Positions 12,046 through 24,911 of a stretch of DNA of 60,000 bases are shown piece by piece. The stretch covers positions 17,486,001-17,546,000 of the forward strand of contig NC_087250.1 in the NCBI RefSeq assembly GCF_037042905.1, read 5' to 3'. Position 1 is the first letter of the stretch. Each line of letters opens with the position of its first letter. The notes below the pieces were generated by a model. That model was given only the letters and a program-made list of their open reading frames with translations. It was not told the DNA's origin and did not search any database. Origin of the DNA: Lytechinus pictus. Lineage: Eukaryota. The position numbers and the translations under genes were made by a program.

Positions 12046-13539
12046 GTGTGTAATGCTCATATTGTTTTGATATTATTTCTTAGGTATAGCAATTAAAAAC
12101 ATTGGCATGTATTCTGAAGTCTGGCATAACCTTGGATGTGTTTGCAAGATCAACTGCAAATATTATGTTGCAGTTTTATAAATTGATAGATCAATTTTAA
12201 CTATAGAAAATCAGATTACACTGCCTGTTTCAAGGAGCAGATTAGCAATTAATCGCAAATTCACAATTGATTTCAAAACTTATGATTGATTTAAAGACCG
12301 AAAATAGACTTGCAATTGATCACTATTTTCTTGAAACGCCCCATTTATAGACCATGGTCTAAAAAGTCAGTGCGAAGATTATGAGAAGCTAAAAATGTCA
12401 AGATTCTGTTTACATTGTATTCTTTGTGTGGTTATTGCATTCGTTTCCATGCATTAATGGCATATAGGAAACTGGTTTTATTCTCATACAGTTGTGAATG
12501 ATTGGAGTGGAGAATAAGGTGATGAATTCAACTACTACATGTACTTTCAGATACTTGGGTCACGTTTGGCTATCCATAGTTAAATCACAACTTTAGACCA
12601 AGTTTTAAATCAAACTTGAGTTCAGAATTCACATTGTGTTCATTTCATTCTGATACACTTATGATGGATACAGTGTACATGTAGCTACAGTATCAAATTG
12701 GAGTGCATTCTTCATCAAAACATCAATGAGCAGAGCATTTTTTCACCAAAATGTCTTCTAAAACTCACACAGAAAGAAGGAAGACATTGGTGGTGTTTTT
12801 TTTTTTACCTGATTGCTAAGAAAGCATGAATGCTTGTAAGCAAGCAACCAGAGGACCGACGGCTTAAGGTCCCCTCCGAAGGACATGACAGGATACCTCA
12901 TTTACCATGAACCACTATTTCTTAGAAAGATACATACGCTCATGAAATATGAGAGGTGTACTCACTTCTGTTGGATACTTTTTTTTAAGTGTATGAAAAT
13001 TTTGCCTGGTAGGCCTATTGTTTGTATGTGGTCTTCATTTCACTTTTTTCTTCACCCAATTTCAACTTTTGCTGATTGGAATAAAAATGAGTATCTTGGG
13101 GCTATTTCCTATTAAAAGCTGTTTCATAAGTCTCGCATGACTTTCACGAATGACCGGTGAACCTTTTTTTGTGCTAAATGATAAATCTCTATGAAGCTGA
13201 TTTAGCACCTAAGAACATGTTCCAGTCTTGCGTAAATTTGCGTATAAAGGCCCTGTCACATCGTTCCGTGCATTTTGCGGGTAATCACCCGCAACAGAGT
13301 TGTTAGCATGCTCAAAAATTTTTGCATGGAAATCAGACTTGCCTGCGCTTCTGCAGGCAACAAATAGTCACCCGCAAGTCACATGCAATGCTTGCAGGGA
13401 ACAATGTGACAGGTTCTTAAATTTCCGAACAGCTTCATAAAATAGGTCCCTGATGTATTACCCAAGAATACATGTAGGTCACAAGTGTTGCATAAAGTCA
13501 TAAACGGCTTTAAAGGAACAGCCTCCTTGAAGATTATTT

Positions 13540-14400
13540 TTTATTTACTTATTTATTTCTGATATTTTGACAGGGTAGCCCATTCACCAATAAGTAGTGG
13601 TCTTCCATGGGGCCCTGAATAACAATAAACATATTTACAAAATGCATAACGTATGTACAGAATGTTACGGCATTAAGATTCACATTAGGATTTGAATGTA
13701 AAACGAAACATTAACAAACTTAGCAGCAAACAAAACGCAGACGGGCACTCGTTTGACGTATAATCAAATATCAATAAATCAAATAACTAAGAATGACATC
13801 TTGAAAATAATGATAATATACAACAAATCATCAAGGTCATGCTAACACAAAATACGCACAACAGTGGATGTTCCTCAAGTTATTTATAAATTACAAGTTC
13901 TTCTAAACATTCTCTTAAATGAAATGACAGAAGGAGCTGTTCTAATTGAATTATCAAGCTTATTCCATTCAAACATTGAAGATACAATTGGACTACACTT
14001 ATAACAATCAGTGCGAAAATTGGGCACGCGTAAATATCCACTGTCTCTCTGTCTGGTATGATGTTCATGTACATCATTTGGATTGGTTAAGTTTACCTGA
14101 AGGTAAGAAGGTGCTAAATTATGAACACATTTATATATCATCAAAACGCGAATGAGCTCAAATCGTTTGTCTAGAGTCATCCATTTAAGACTTGCGAACA
14201 AATCAGCCGACCGTGTTTCGTATGTCTTGCTCAATATTATTCTTGCAGCCCTCTTCTGAATTTTTTGCAGCTTGTGTGGGATTGAAATCTATTCGACCAT
14301 ACAGCAGAACAGTAATCAAATCTTGGCAACACTAAACTGTTATAAAGCAACTTTAAGGACTGCACAGGCAAAGAACTTTTCGCTCTCTTTATCAAGACAC
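13540..14400 (-). mobile_element. 5'-truncated L2/CR1-group LINE (ORF2 C-terminus plus 3' tail)
   Basis: Minus-strand peptides LYNSLVLPRFDYCSAVWS and LKWMTLDKR...MIYKCVHNLAPSYL separated by a frameshift; A-rich tail near 13540. Confidence 0.8.
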
Positions 14401-14437
14401 TGTATGTAAAACAATGTTCCATTTTTTGTTTCTTCAG

Positions 14438-14563
14438 AGGAAAAGACCACAGAGTGCAAGCAGTCGTCTTGGCAATGGGAGGCCCAAAGGATCAGGACCA
14501 GACGTGACCTACCAGGTCAAAGTTCAAACGGGTGATAAGAAGAACTGTGGCACCACAGCAACT
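14438..14563 (+). CDS. LOXHD1: LOXHD1-like exon 4 (start of PLAT 1)
   Basis: ttcag|AGG...ACT|gtgagt; DVTYQVKVQTGDKKNCGTTAT. Confidence 0.88.
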
Positions 14564-14909
14564 GTGAGTCATTGGTTTGTTCGGATTAGCACAAATGTGT
14601 ATTACAGTTTATATGTGTCCCATTTGCCATGCCTGATAGTGGTAACAAAATATCTCAGAATGAAATGATAATTAAAAGAAAACAAGGTTCATTATGCCTA
14701 AAATATCTTATGCAAATGCTTTATCAAACAAAGGAGCTAAATGTCTCCTTTCTGTATGATTCGTATTAAGGGTAAATGAAAAGTATGAACAGTTTGCCTA
14801 TGTATTTTGTTGGTAATAAAATTTCATATGGGGGTGTCATGGTCTAGTGGTTGGGATTTGAACCCACGACTCTCATCTTTCAATCAGACATTCGTGGGTT
14901 CATATCCCA

Positions 14910-15867
14910 TTTTTGTCTCACCTGCATAGCAGAGTGAGACTATAGGCGCCGCTTTTCCGACGGCGACGGCGGCGGCGGCGTCAACACCAAATCTTAACCT
15001 GAGGTTAAGTTTTTGAAATGACAGCATAACTTAGAAAGTATATGGACCTAGTTCATGAAACTTGTCCATAAGGTTAATCAAGTATTACTGAACATCCTGC
15101 CTGAGTTTCATGTCACATGACCAAGGTCAAAGGTCATTTAGGGTCAATGAACTTAGACCATGTTGGGGGAATCAACATCAAAATCTTAACCTAAGGTTAA
15201 GTTTTTGAAATGTCATCATAACTTAGAAAATATATGGACCTAGTTCATGAAACTTATACATAAGGTTAATCAAGTATCACTGAACATCCTGCATGAGTTT
15301 CACATCACATGACCAAGGTCAAAGGTCATTTAGGGTCAATGAACTTTGGCCGAATTGGGGGTATCTGTTGAATTACCATCATAACTTTGAAAGTTTATGG
15401 ATCTGATTCATGAAACTTGGACATAATAGTAATCAAGTATTACTGAACATCCTGTGCAAGTTTCAGGTCACATGATCAAGGTCAAAGGTCATTTAGGGTC
15501 AATGAACTTTGGCCAAATTGGGGTATTTGTTGAATTACAGCCATAAATTTGAAAGTGTGTTGGTCTAGTTCATAAAACTTGGACATAATAGTAATCAAGT
15601 ATCACTGAACATCCTGTGCGAGTTTCAGGTCACATGATCAAGGTCAAAGGTCATGTAAGGTCAAAGAACTTTGGCCACGTTGGGGGTATTTGTTGAATTG
15701 CCATCATATCTCTATAAGTGTATTGGTCTAGTTCATAAAACGTGGAAATAAGAGTAACCAAGTATCACTGAACATCTTGTGCGAGTTATAGTAGTTTTCA
15801 AAATCAGCACTGCTGCTATATTGAATCGCGTGATGCAGGTGAGACGGCCAGAGGCATTCCACTTGTT
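14910..15867 (+). mobile_element. Helentron-associated (HINE/DINE-like) element, copy 1
   Basis: T-run start, subterminal IR GTCTCACCTGCA/TGCAGGTGAGAC, (CGG)n-like tract, ~5 internal 163-191 bp tandem units, CTTGT end, no TSD. Confidence 0.7.
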
Positions 15868-15937
15868 TGTTTTGGTTGGACTTTTGATTATTTTGAGTTG
15901 TTATTAATGAGTTTGTCATTGACATTGTCATTCACAG

Positions 15938-16120
15938 GTCAGCATACAGCTCAAAGGAAGCAAGGGTAAAACACCAAAGAGAAAGCTAACCAACACGCCA
16001 AAGAACAAGCAGTCCAAGACAAACTCTGGCCTACCATCCGTCAAATTCAGCCGCAACTCCACCAAAACTTTCAAGCTAAAGGGCCAGGATTTAGGAGAAT
16101 TGAAATCACTGACGATTGAG
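15938..16120 (+). CDS. LOXHD1: LOXHD1-like exon 5 (PLAT 1)
   Basis: VSIQLKGSKG...FKLKGQDLGELKSLTIE; phase 0-0. Confidence 0.88.
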
Positions 16121-16439
16121 GTAAGCAAGCAACAGGACATTCCTCATGCAAGGCCTTCATCTTGACTCTAAACTTAGTTGGGATTTGTTATTTTTTGAAA
16201 ATGATTTTACATACCATTTTATTACACAAAAATCTACTCCGCAAAGTATTCTAGGTTCCATGTACATGTAATAAAGAGACAGAAGGAAAGAAAAAATACA
16301 GTTATGCAAGAAGAATAAAATGGTATAGGTATCAAGATGTACCCTATGGAAAATGATAATAGCATGAGTTTCTTTGTAGTCACAGAGGGCATAAGCTGAA
16401 CCTTATTAAACTGTTTATCCTAATTTCCCTGTAATTTAA

Positions 16440-17010
16440 AGTGATCATTTCACTTTGTTCTGATTTAAAAAATTCTCCTTTTGGTTCCTGAAAATGGGCT
16501 AAACATTAGGCTTATAGTGTAAAAATACCATCCCAAAAGTTTCAAAGTATTATATTTACAGGATCAATTTTAAAACCTTGGAGATGTAAACCAAAGTTTG
16601 AAATAATTGGGAGTTGGTTTCAATGACTATGTGTATACAGGGAATCTGTGCACCACAACACATTAATTCTAGATGAACACAGCATGACCTACATACAGTG
16701 TGTACAAGGTATACACTGAATGTACAGTGCAGCTAATAGTGTGTGTATAGGAGATACACACAACAGAAGGCAGTCAAAATAGCCAACGGACTTTTTGAAT
16801 TGGAGAAAACTGGTCATAAGCTGAACCCGTCTACTAGACGGTTCTCAAAATCAGGCTAATAAATTGCTACTTGTATCTAAATTAGAGTTTTTCATCCTAT
16901 ATTGTGGTTTGTTTCATGGTTTTTGAGGACAAATACAGGCACTCATACGCACGTTTCAACTCAGTTTGAGAATTTTTTTAATCAGCTGCTCACAAAGTTA
17001 AACGATCCCT
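16440..17010. mobile_element. MITE with TTAA target duplication
   Basis: TTAA|AGTGATCATTTCACTTTG ... CAAAGTTAAACGATCCCT|TTAA. Confidence 0.65.
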
Positions 17011-17044
17011 TTAAGCATTGTTTATCAATGTCATTTTTTTTTAG

Positions 17045-17219
17045 CATGATGGTCTAGAGAAGAAGCAAGGTTGGTTCCTAGAGTCTATTGAAGTCACGCA
17101 GCTGACGAGCAAGAAGACGTGGATCTTTCCATGTAGTCAGTGGCTTTCGTTGTTTGAGAGCGATTGCCAACTGAGTAGAGAATTAAAGGCGTTGGATGCC
17201 AAGAAATATGGCAAGACTG
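17045..17219 (+). CDS. LOXHD1: LOXHD1-like exon 6 (PLAT 1)
   Basis: HDGLEKKQGWFLESIEV...FPCSQWL; phase 0-1. Confidence 0.9.
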
Positions 17220-17488
17220 GTAAGTTGATCGTTGGTGGAACTGAGCTTCATTATCAAGTTTTTAGTGTCGGTCAATGTTCCAATTCATTACATATTATGA
17301 AAGCGTATGACCATAAACAGTTATATCGCCCGATCCATATTACTTGTTATAATAATAAATTCGCAATAACAGCTTAAAGCTACTGAAATTATTTGGCTTA
17401 TAGTAGATTTGTTAAAGAAACTATAAACATTTGTTGTAATGACAAGTAGTTGTGAAATCTCTATTTGTCAGGGTGGACTTGACTTTTA

Positions 17489-17918
17489 AGCCCCCATCAC
17501 ACTTATTCGGAATCAGCAGGAATCAAGCAGAAGTTGGACGAAAAAAATATTTAAAAAATCTAAGAATTTTTGGGAGGAACCTATGAATTCACCAAACTGG
17601 AGTTGAAATTCAGTAAATTGACCAGGTGAATCATCATACACTAGTCAAAATGAACTGCAATGGAGTCAGATTGATAATTCGTGCTACATTCTTGGACATT
17701 CTAGGCGCATTCTAAATATTCTGACTGCATTCTGAGTGCATTCGAAATATTTTTGTCATTTCTTTTGGCTGTCCCGAAGGTTTTGGTCATGTTCAAAACA
17801 TTCGAGGGGTATTTTCGAATGGTGTTCGAAGTAGATTTAAATGACCAACTGGTGGTCAAACAATTGTCCTTTCATTCAGGCCAATTCTGCTTGATTCGGA
17901 ATAAGTGTGATGGGGGCT
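17489..17918. mobile_element. PIF/Harbinger-like MITE
   Basis: TTA|AGCCCCCATCACACTTATTC ... GAATAAGTGTGATGGGGGCT|TTA. Confidence 0.75.
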
Positions 17919-18315
17919 TTAAATTGCATGTTGTCTGGAAACGCCAAATATACTGCATAATTGGTGTTTATAGTTTTGAATGACTCTGCCACTCAATAGC
18001 ATAATAACACATGCCAAGAAACATAGGACACATTCCTACCAAACTGTATTCATTCACTGCCATGCGTAGGTCAGTTTATGAGGTTGTCACCATGATTTGA
18101 AATTAGAAAGGGACGGGGACTGACTCCAATGTTTACATAACGCTGTTTGGTATCCATGGCAATACAAAATTAAGGTCTAATTCATTCATATTTCAGGTTA
18201 TGAGGTTGTCATGGTGACTGGAGACAGGAAAGGGAATGATTCCAATGTTTACATCACTGTTTGGTATCCATGGCAATAAAAATCTGGGTCTAATACATGT
18301 TAATTTGTATTTCAG

Positions 18316-18514
18316 TTTACGAGGTTGTCACGGTGACTGGAGACCGGAAAGGGTCGGGGACTGACTCCAATGTTTACATTACGCTGTTTGGTATACGTGG
18401 GACCAGTAAGAAGATGCAGCTTCCCACGAAACCCGGGTCCAATCCGTTTGAACGAGGAACCAGCGATATCTTCCAATTGAAATGCAACAATGTGGGACCC
18501 CTCAAGAGAATAAG
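18316..18514 (+). CDS. LOXHD1: LOXHD1-like exon 7 (PLAT 2)
   Basis: YEVVTVTGDRKGSGTDSNVYITLFG...FERGTSDIF; phase 1-2. Confidence 0.92.
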
Positions 18515-19356
18515 GTACGGTTAATATTTTTATTTTATTTGTATAATGATGATAGTAATAATAAGAATGGAAATAATAATAATGATGATAATAATAATAT
18601 ATCCATTTATATATGCAGTCACTATATGGATATACTCTACTGCGCTTGATAATTGGTATCATAATACCTGCTGAGCCACCATATAGGCGTTAAAGCATTC
18701 AAGGAATTAATCCTGCCGGGTTCCCATTGACCTCACCTGGGTCGAGTGCGGCACATTGCAGATCAGTTTCTTGCAGAAGAAAATATACGCCATGATAACA
18801 GATAGTATTCCAGAGCAATTAACCATTACGTTGTTTCCAATACATTTTTTTATCAACAATGTTTTTTGTAGAAAATCATGTTATTCAAACTTCTCAATGG
18901 TCCCTTTCACACTTGAATCTTGAATCATCATTGTAATGATGATTGCAATTCGTCTTTAGAATCTGCGGAAAAATTTGTAAAACTTAATTGGAATTCACCT
19001 CCAAATTAGCGTTTGTGATTCTAGTTTGGTTTCACACGTGCTAAAAATTCGTCATTAGCCTTATTTTTCACTGGAATCATCATGCAAATAACAAATTTTT
19101 TACTGTGTGAAAGGGCCGTATGTGATTTCTGATGATTTTATAAAATTGCACCGAGATGGTGTTGATTACTAGTTTCTGGTTATTTTTCAAAGCGTCAACC
19201 TTCATACACCTACATGTAAGTATTGATGAAAAATGTATTAATGGTAAGAATTAATTTTTTTGGACATAGATTCCCTGTACAGAGTGTAAGAACAACTTCA
19301 GTCTAAACTGGACCTGTGATATGAAATGTGTTTTGTTTGCCTCATTTTCTTTCTAG

Positions 19357-19544
19357 AATTGAGCATGACAACACTGGGTTTGGTCCTGGCTGGTTCCTTG
19401 AGCGTGTGGTCGTGACCGACTCCAACAACCCGAAGAGAGGCAAGTTCTACTTTCCGTGCAATCAGTGGCTTGCGAAGGATGAAGCGGATGGGAAGATCTG
19501 CAGGGATCTCATCGGAAGCAGGGATCCTCTAGCTGTCAGGAAAA
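19357..19544 (+). CDS. LOXHD1: LOXHD1-like exon 8 (PLAT 2)
   Basis: IEHDNTGFGPGWFLERV...FPCNQWLAKDE; phase 2-1. Confidence 0.92.
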
Positions 19545-19574
19545 GTAAGTGTGATCAAGTTCCCTGTGATGTGA

Positions 19575-19798
19575 CAATGATGGTGGTGGTGGTGGTGGTG
19601 ATGATGATGATATTGATGATGGTGGTGATGGTGATGGTGATGGTGATGATGATGATGATGATGGTGATGATGATGGTGATGATGGTGATGATGATGATGA
19701 TGATGATGGTGGTGATGGTGATGGTGGTGATAGTGATGATGGTGGTGGTGGTGGTGGTGATGGTGGTGATAGTGATGATGGTGGTGGTGGTGGTGGTG

Positions 19799-19830
<32 letters not shown>

Positions 19831-19957
19831 GATGATGATGATAATCAACAATGATGATCACTGATGATGATCAATGATGATGATGATGATGTTAATGATG
19901 ATGATGATGATGATGATAATGATATTGGTGTTGGTGGTGGTGGTGGTGATAATGATG
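19575..19957 (+). repeat. (GAT/GGT)n microsatellite
   Basis: Directly visible. Confidence 0.9.
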
Positions 19958-20262
19958 AATGAAGCGGGTGGGAAGATCCGTAGGGACCTCATCTGAAGCA
20001 GGGATCCTCTTGCTGTCAGAAAAAGTAAGATTTTGATTTGTCTGTTAGTTGAATATCGGTACCCTACGATGTTATAATGATGATGATACATGATTAAAAA
20101 AAGCAGAAAATGTAGTATTGAAAGAAAGATACTGATAGAGATCTTGCTAATTATGAAGAATTAAAGCTAGTCAAAAAGGGGCTCCTAATTATTAATTGTT
20201 ATAATTTAGGGAATTTATACTCATTAAAGTTTGATGTATGTATTTCCACTTTTTTTTACCAG

Positions 20263-20407
20263 CTCACAAGTACAAGGTCCATGTATTCACTGCCAACAAG
20301 CGTAACGCTGGCACAGATGCAAATGTATTCATCACTGTCTTCGGTGAAGGTGGGGATTCCGGGGAGCATAAGCTGGACAACTCCAAGAATAACTTTGAAA
20401 GGGGAAG
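20263..20407 (+). CDS. LOXHD1: LOXHD1-like exon 9 (PLAT 3)
   Basis: HKYKVHVFTANKRNAGTDANVFITVFG; phase 1-2. Confidence 0.92.
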
Positions 20408-21087
20408 GTGAGTGAAGGTGTTCAAAAGTTTCCTTTATTTACCCATGAATGTTTAAAAATATTTGTTATGGCATCTTTCGCACAATTTATTGATTACTTT
20501 TATTCCGAAGGTTCGTTATTCAAAAGGTTTTGAATGCTATAAAGGTTCATTCTTCTGAAAGACACAAACTGCATATTTATACATGTATACCAAGATATTT
20601 GTTATTTCATTAATTAAAAAGTTTTATTTTCTATCAGGAGCGTTTTATTAAAGGACTTACCGGACATTTCATCCGACAAACCCTGTTTTATCTGACGATT
20701 ACCATAGTATCAGTGCATCAAACCCAAGGAACTGACTACTTTTCAGCTGAAAACTGTTAATAAAATCCACCCCAGAACACATGTCTAAATATTTGTTGCA
20801 TTATTCCTAATACTCTCAAGGTTTGTAAATCATGCAAAAATAAAGGTTATATTATTCTGAAGGTTTGTTTATCTGACAGCAAAATTAGGTTTGTTATTCC
20901 GAGATGCTATAGTCCAAAAATTAATTCAGGTTCATTAGAATAGAAATAAAACTTTATTTTTGTTATCTTTATTTTTGGACTACTTAACCTTCACAATTGC
21001 AAACCTAGTTTTATTTTCAGATTAACTTACCAAAACAATGTAGAACCTTATGTTGTTTATGACTTTTCGATTCCCATTGGTTTACAG

Positions 21088-21190
21088 GGAAGATGAGTTT
21101 GTGATAGACTCCATAGCTCTGGGACCATTACAGAAGGTCAGGATAGGCCATGACAACACTGGACCTGGTCCTGCTTGGTTTCTGGATAAG
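21088..21190 (+). CDS. LOXHD1: LOXHD1-like exon 10 (PLAT 3)
   Basis: EDEFVIDSIALGPLQKVRIGHDNTGPGPAWFLDK; phase 2-0. Confidence 0.92.
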
Positions 21191-21643
21191 GTTAGGACCT
21201 GGACCCATATTTTTCATAAAAACTTGTAAAAATAACTAATGCATAATTTATCTAACTATTAGCCAATCAAATTGAATGATTTTATTTATAGTTTTAGATT
21301 GTTATTGCAAATGTATTTTTATAACAAGTCTTTGTGAAATGAGTCCAGATCAAAATTAAATGAATCCAGGGGTCTGTTTCATAAGACTTGTTCTAATAAC
21401 AAATACATAATTTCTATAACAAGTTCACTATCTGCCAATCAGATTGCATGATTTCAGTAGCTTTTAACTGTTGTGATATTTTTAATTATATAATCTTTAT
21501 GAAACAGTTTCAAAAGATCACAATTTCACAATGTTACATCCATCAACCGACACAATCAGCACATTTTTTGGTGGCGATATCTACAATATCAATAATTTTG
21601 TTGAAATTGATTTGATTTCTTGATGGAATCTTTTTTATTATAG

Positions 21644-21767
21644 ATTATCATAGATGACTTAGAGCTGAATGCTACCTATGAATTCTCTTGTGGACGATGG
21701 CTAGCAAGGGATGAAGACGATGATCTTATCACGAGGGAACTATACACCGGAGGTCAAGGGTCAAAAG
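21644..21767 (+). CDS. LOXHD1: LOXHD1-like exon 11 (PLAT 3)
   Basis: IIIDDLELNATYEFSCGRWLARDEDD; phase 0-1. Confidence 0.92.
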
Positions 21768-22149
21768 GTAAGATCAATTTGCCATTTTGAGGAGGATTAA
21801 TGATCAACTTGTGTTGACTTTCACAATGTCATTGTGATATTTAGTTCAACATCAGAGCACGCAGTTAACATTGTAAATTTTTAAGATTATTATGAAGATA
21901 TAAACATTGTGGTAACAGATATTGGAATGAATTCAATTGTATGAAATGCTAATTGTTTGTTTGCAAACTATCTTATTCCTTTAAAAAAAACTTATTGAGA
22001 GTGCAGATGAGTATAAATAAACAGGGAATGCCCTTCACAAAATTTTATTTTTCAAATGGGTAATAATACGCTAAGTTTTGAGTCTCTTGGGAAAGTGCTT
22101 TTTTAAAATAAGCTGTTTTTAAATATGCTCTACTTTATCTTTGTCGCAG

Positions 22150-22400
22150 GCATTCCGTATGAAATAAGGGTGACCACTAGTGACAAGAGACAAGCCGGCA
22201 CCGATGCCCGCGTTTACATCGTCATGTACGGCGGAAAGGACGGAGAGGAGACGAGCGGCAAGATCTGGCTGGACGGGAACTTTGATAGAGGGCGCACTGC
22301 GATCTGTTCTGCGGAGATCGGATCAATGTTGAGCCCCTTATCAAGGATCGATGTCGGCCACGATAACTCGGGTCCGGGGGCTGGATGGCATTTAGATAGG
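22150..22400 (+). CDS. LOXHD1: LOXHD1-like exon 12 (PLAT 4)
   Basis: IPYEIRVTTSDKRQAGTDARV...GHDNSGPGAGWHLDR; phase 1-0. Confidence 0.92.
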
Positions 22401-23287
22401 GTAAGACTATTAGAAACTTTAAGTTGGAGAGTTTCCTCAAAGTGCCCTCAAAATGTCAAACCATAACTTCATAAATTTTTACAAGAGCCATTGTAGCCAT
22501 TAGGCGCAATATTAATTCACTACCTCTAATACCATAAATTTTAAATTTTTACCTTGTAGGATTTCTGCTATATATTTAGTTTAATTTTTGTTGTGACCAC
22601 TGCGGATTCAAATTCAAATTTATTTATTTCACTTCCATCAAACAAAAACAAATTGTATACCATATATAAACATAAATATTTGTATCCGTTGCAAAAAAAA
22701 AAACATATGTTGTGAAAAAAAACACTTAGACAATTTGAGCAACACATTGTAGGTTTTAAATATGTATACTATTTTTCAATAGAAATTAAATTAAGATGGA
22801 AATGGAGGGACCCACTAAAAAGCAATGCTTTTACAATGTGGGCCCCTCAAATGATAGATAACACAATAAATAACAAAATAACAAAGTACAAATACAGATA
22901 TATGTAATCAAATGAGAAAAAAAAATGATTTTTTTTATATCAATAAAATTCATTTTTTAAATGTATTGATTGAAACCATTTCTTATGCATTTGATTATTT
23001 CTACAGTTAAAAATATCTACTATACGCTTTTTATATTAGCAGAATTTATTGTTGAAATGATGCTATCATTGGTTTTATACTTCAAGATTGATATTTGTTT
23101 TTCATTCATACTTCCAGGTTGTATTAGACTTGTATCTGTCATTAGAAAGTTTTGTGAATTAAAACACTGCAGAGAATATCTCTTTATAGTTTTCCCCTTG
23201 CAAATTCTAATATCTTTTCATATTGTTTAGATACATCTTCAAGAATATCTTCATGAGTTTCCCCTGTAAAATCTCATTTTCTTATAG

Positions 23288-23423
23288 GTCGTCATAGACT
23301 GCCCTGCAGCTGGTATTGAACAGACCTTCTTGTGCAATCAGTGGCTGGCGGACGACGAAGGAGACGGGAGAATAGAGAGAACCTTGCAAGAAACTAAATC
23401 AATGAGAAAAACTAAGGGAAAAC
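23288..23423 (+). CDS. LOXHD1: LOXHD1-like exon 13 (PLAT 4)
   Basis: VVIDCPAAGIEQTFLCNQWLADDEGDGRIER; phase 0-1. Confidence 0.92.
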
Positions 23424-24243
23424 GTAAGTGCTAGATTGTTTTTAATGTACTTTTTACCGATGCAATTACATCATTGAATTGAATTGTTGTTTATTTCTCC
23501 ATTTGGAAATTCCTCTTGTTTTCATAAACATATCATCAAAATAAATATACATTAATCATCATTCATAAATCAATATTATTTCACAAATATAGTGAAAAAT
23601 GGGGTTATATCCAAAGTAATAAGTGATTGAAATGAATTATTTAGAAACATTGAAAAGAGGCATCAGAATCATATTCAAATCATAAAAATCATGTAGATAT
23701 GAGCGGTTCCATAGAATTATCACCCTCTTGTATGTCTGAAACCGTTTGAACATGTATCTCTAATTTTTACTTCACCTCAAGGACTGTTAAACCGGGATTT
23801 TTGTCGAGTAATCACCGGATCGTCTTCCAACAATGGGGAGTTTTCATCATCCATGATGCAAAACGGATTCAAGAACATACTTAGAAAATATATTATCAAA
23901 TGCCCTCCATGACAATGAACAACCAAGAATTCTTAGTCGATAATTGGTGAATCAACACGGCAGTTTCGTCCTGGACTTTGGACAAACAGCATATTCACAA
24001 TTTTTCGTCAGTTCTAAAATTTAGGATGAAACTGTGGTTCCGGTTTGGGAATTTTTCGACAAAGACCTTCCAGGTGTTCATTGTTATTTGACGGGCATTT
24101 CTAATTCATTTACTGTGTTCTTGAATCTGTCATGCGTTGCAGAGCAAAAACTTCCTACCATTCAAACCACTGATGAAAGAGCCCTTAATTTGCTTTATAG
24201 TAAAGATTTATCAACTTTGTTTTATACATGTATATCCTTCTAG

Positions 24244-24491
24244 GTGCTGTGTGGAACGTAACTGTGCACACCAGTGACACTTCCAACGCCGGGACGGATG
24301 CCAAGGTTTCAATCTGTCTCTACGGTGACAAGGGCAAGTCTGATGAGGTGGAGTTGGAGAGCCAGAGCGATACCTTTGAGAGGGGCGAGAGCGACACCTT
24401 CAAAATGGAGCTCGCACCCGTCGGGAAACCGTATAAGCTTCGGGTGTGGCACGATAACGGGGGCAGGGGACCTGGCTGGCATTTGGATAAG
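24244..24491 (+). CDS. LOXHD1: LOXHD1-like exon 14 (PLAT 5)
   Basis: AVWNVTVHTSDTSNAGTDAKV...WHDNGGRGPGWHLDK; phase 1-0. Confidence 0.92.
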
Positions 24492-24775
24492 GTTGGTTCT
24501 GTTTGAGATGATGATAATGACAATGATGGTGATAATGATGGTGATGACGATGATGATAGGATGATGATGATAATGATGATGATGATTGACGATGATGATG
24601 ATGATTGATGATCATGGTGATGATGAATTTATGGTGATGATGATGATTATGATTATGATCGTGATGATGGTGCAACCTTCCAGAAATTTCAATTCAGCTA
24701 CTCCCTTTTCCTACATGTATGTAAGCAGATATTTACATTATATTTATGATGTCTTGGACTCTGTTTTACTTTTAG

Positions 24776-24911
24776 ATTGTGATGGAGAACGTTGCCACAG
24801 GGAAGACGTACACGTTCCCATGCCAACGGTGGTTAGCTAAGGATGAGGATGAAGGTGAGATTATCAGAGAGTTACCGGCAACAGCAGACAATATCAAGAG
24901 GCCGTTACCAG
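24776..24911 (+). CDS. LOXHD1: LOXHD1-like exon 15 (PLAT 5)
   Basis: [34 protein letters not shown]; phase 0-1. Confidence 0.92.

Noticed and set aside
14986..15790. Regular repeats as a possible CRISPR array
   Set aside because: Units are 163-191 bp, contiguous, have no unique spacers and sit inside a eukaryotic TE; no cas genes are present.
19529..20091. Poly-His, poly-Ile and poly-Met ORFs
   Set aside because: Microsatellite artefacts. The same applies to 39862-40437 and 55098-55670.
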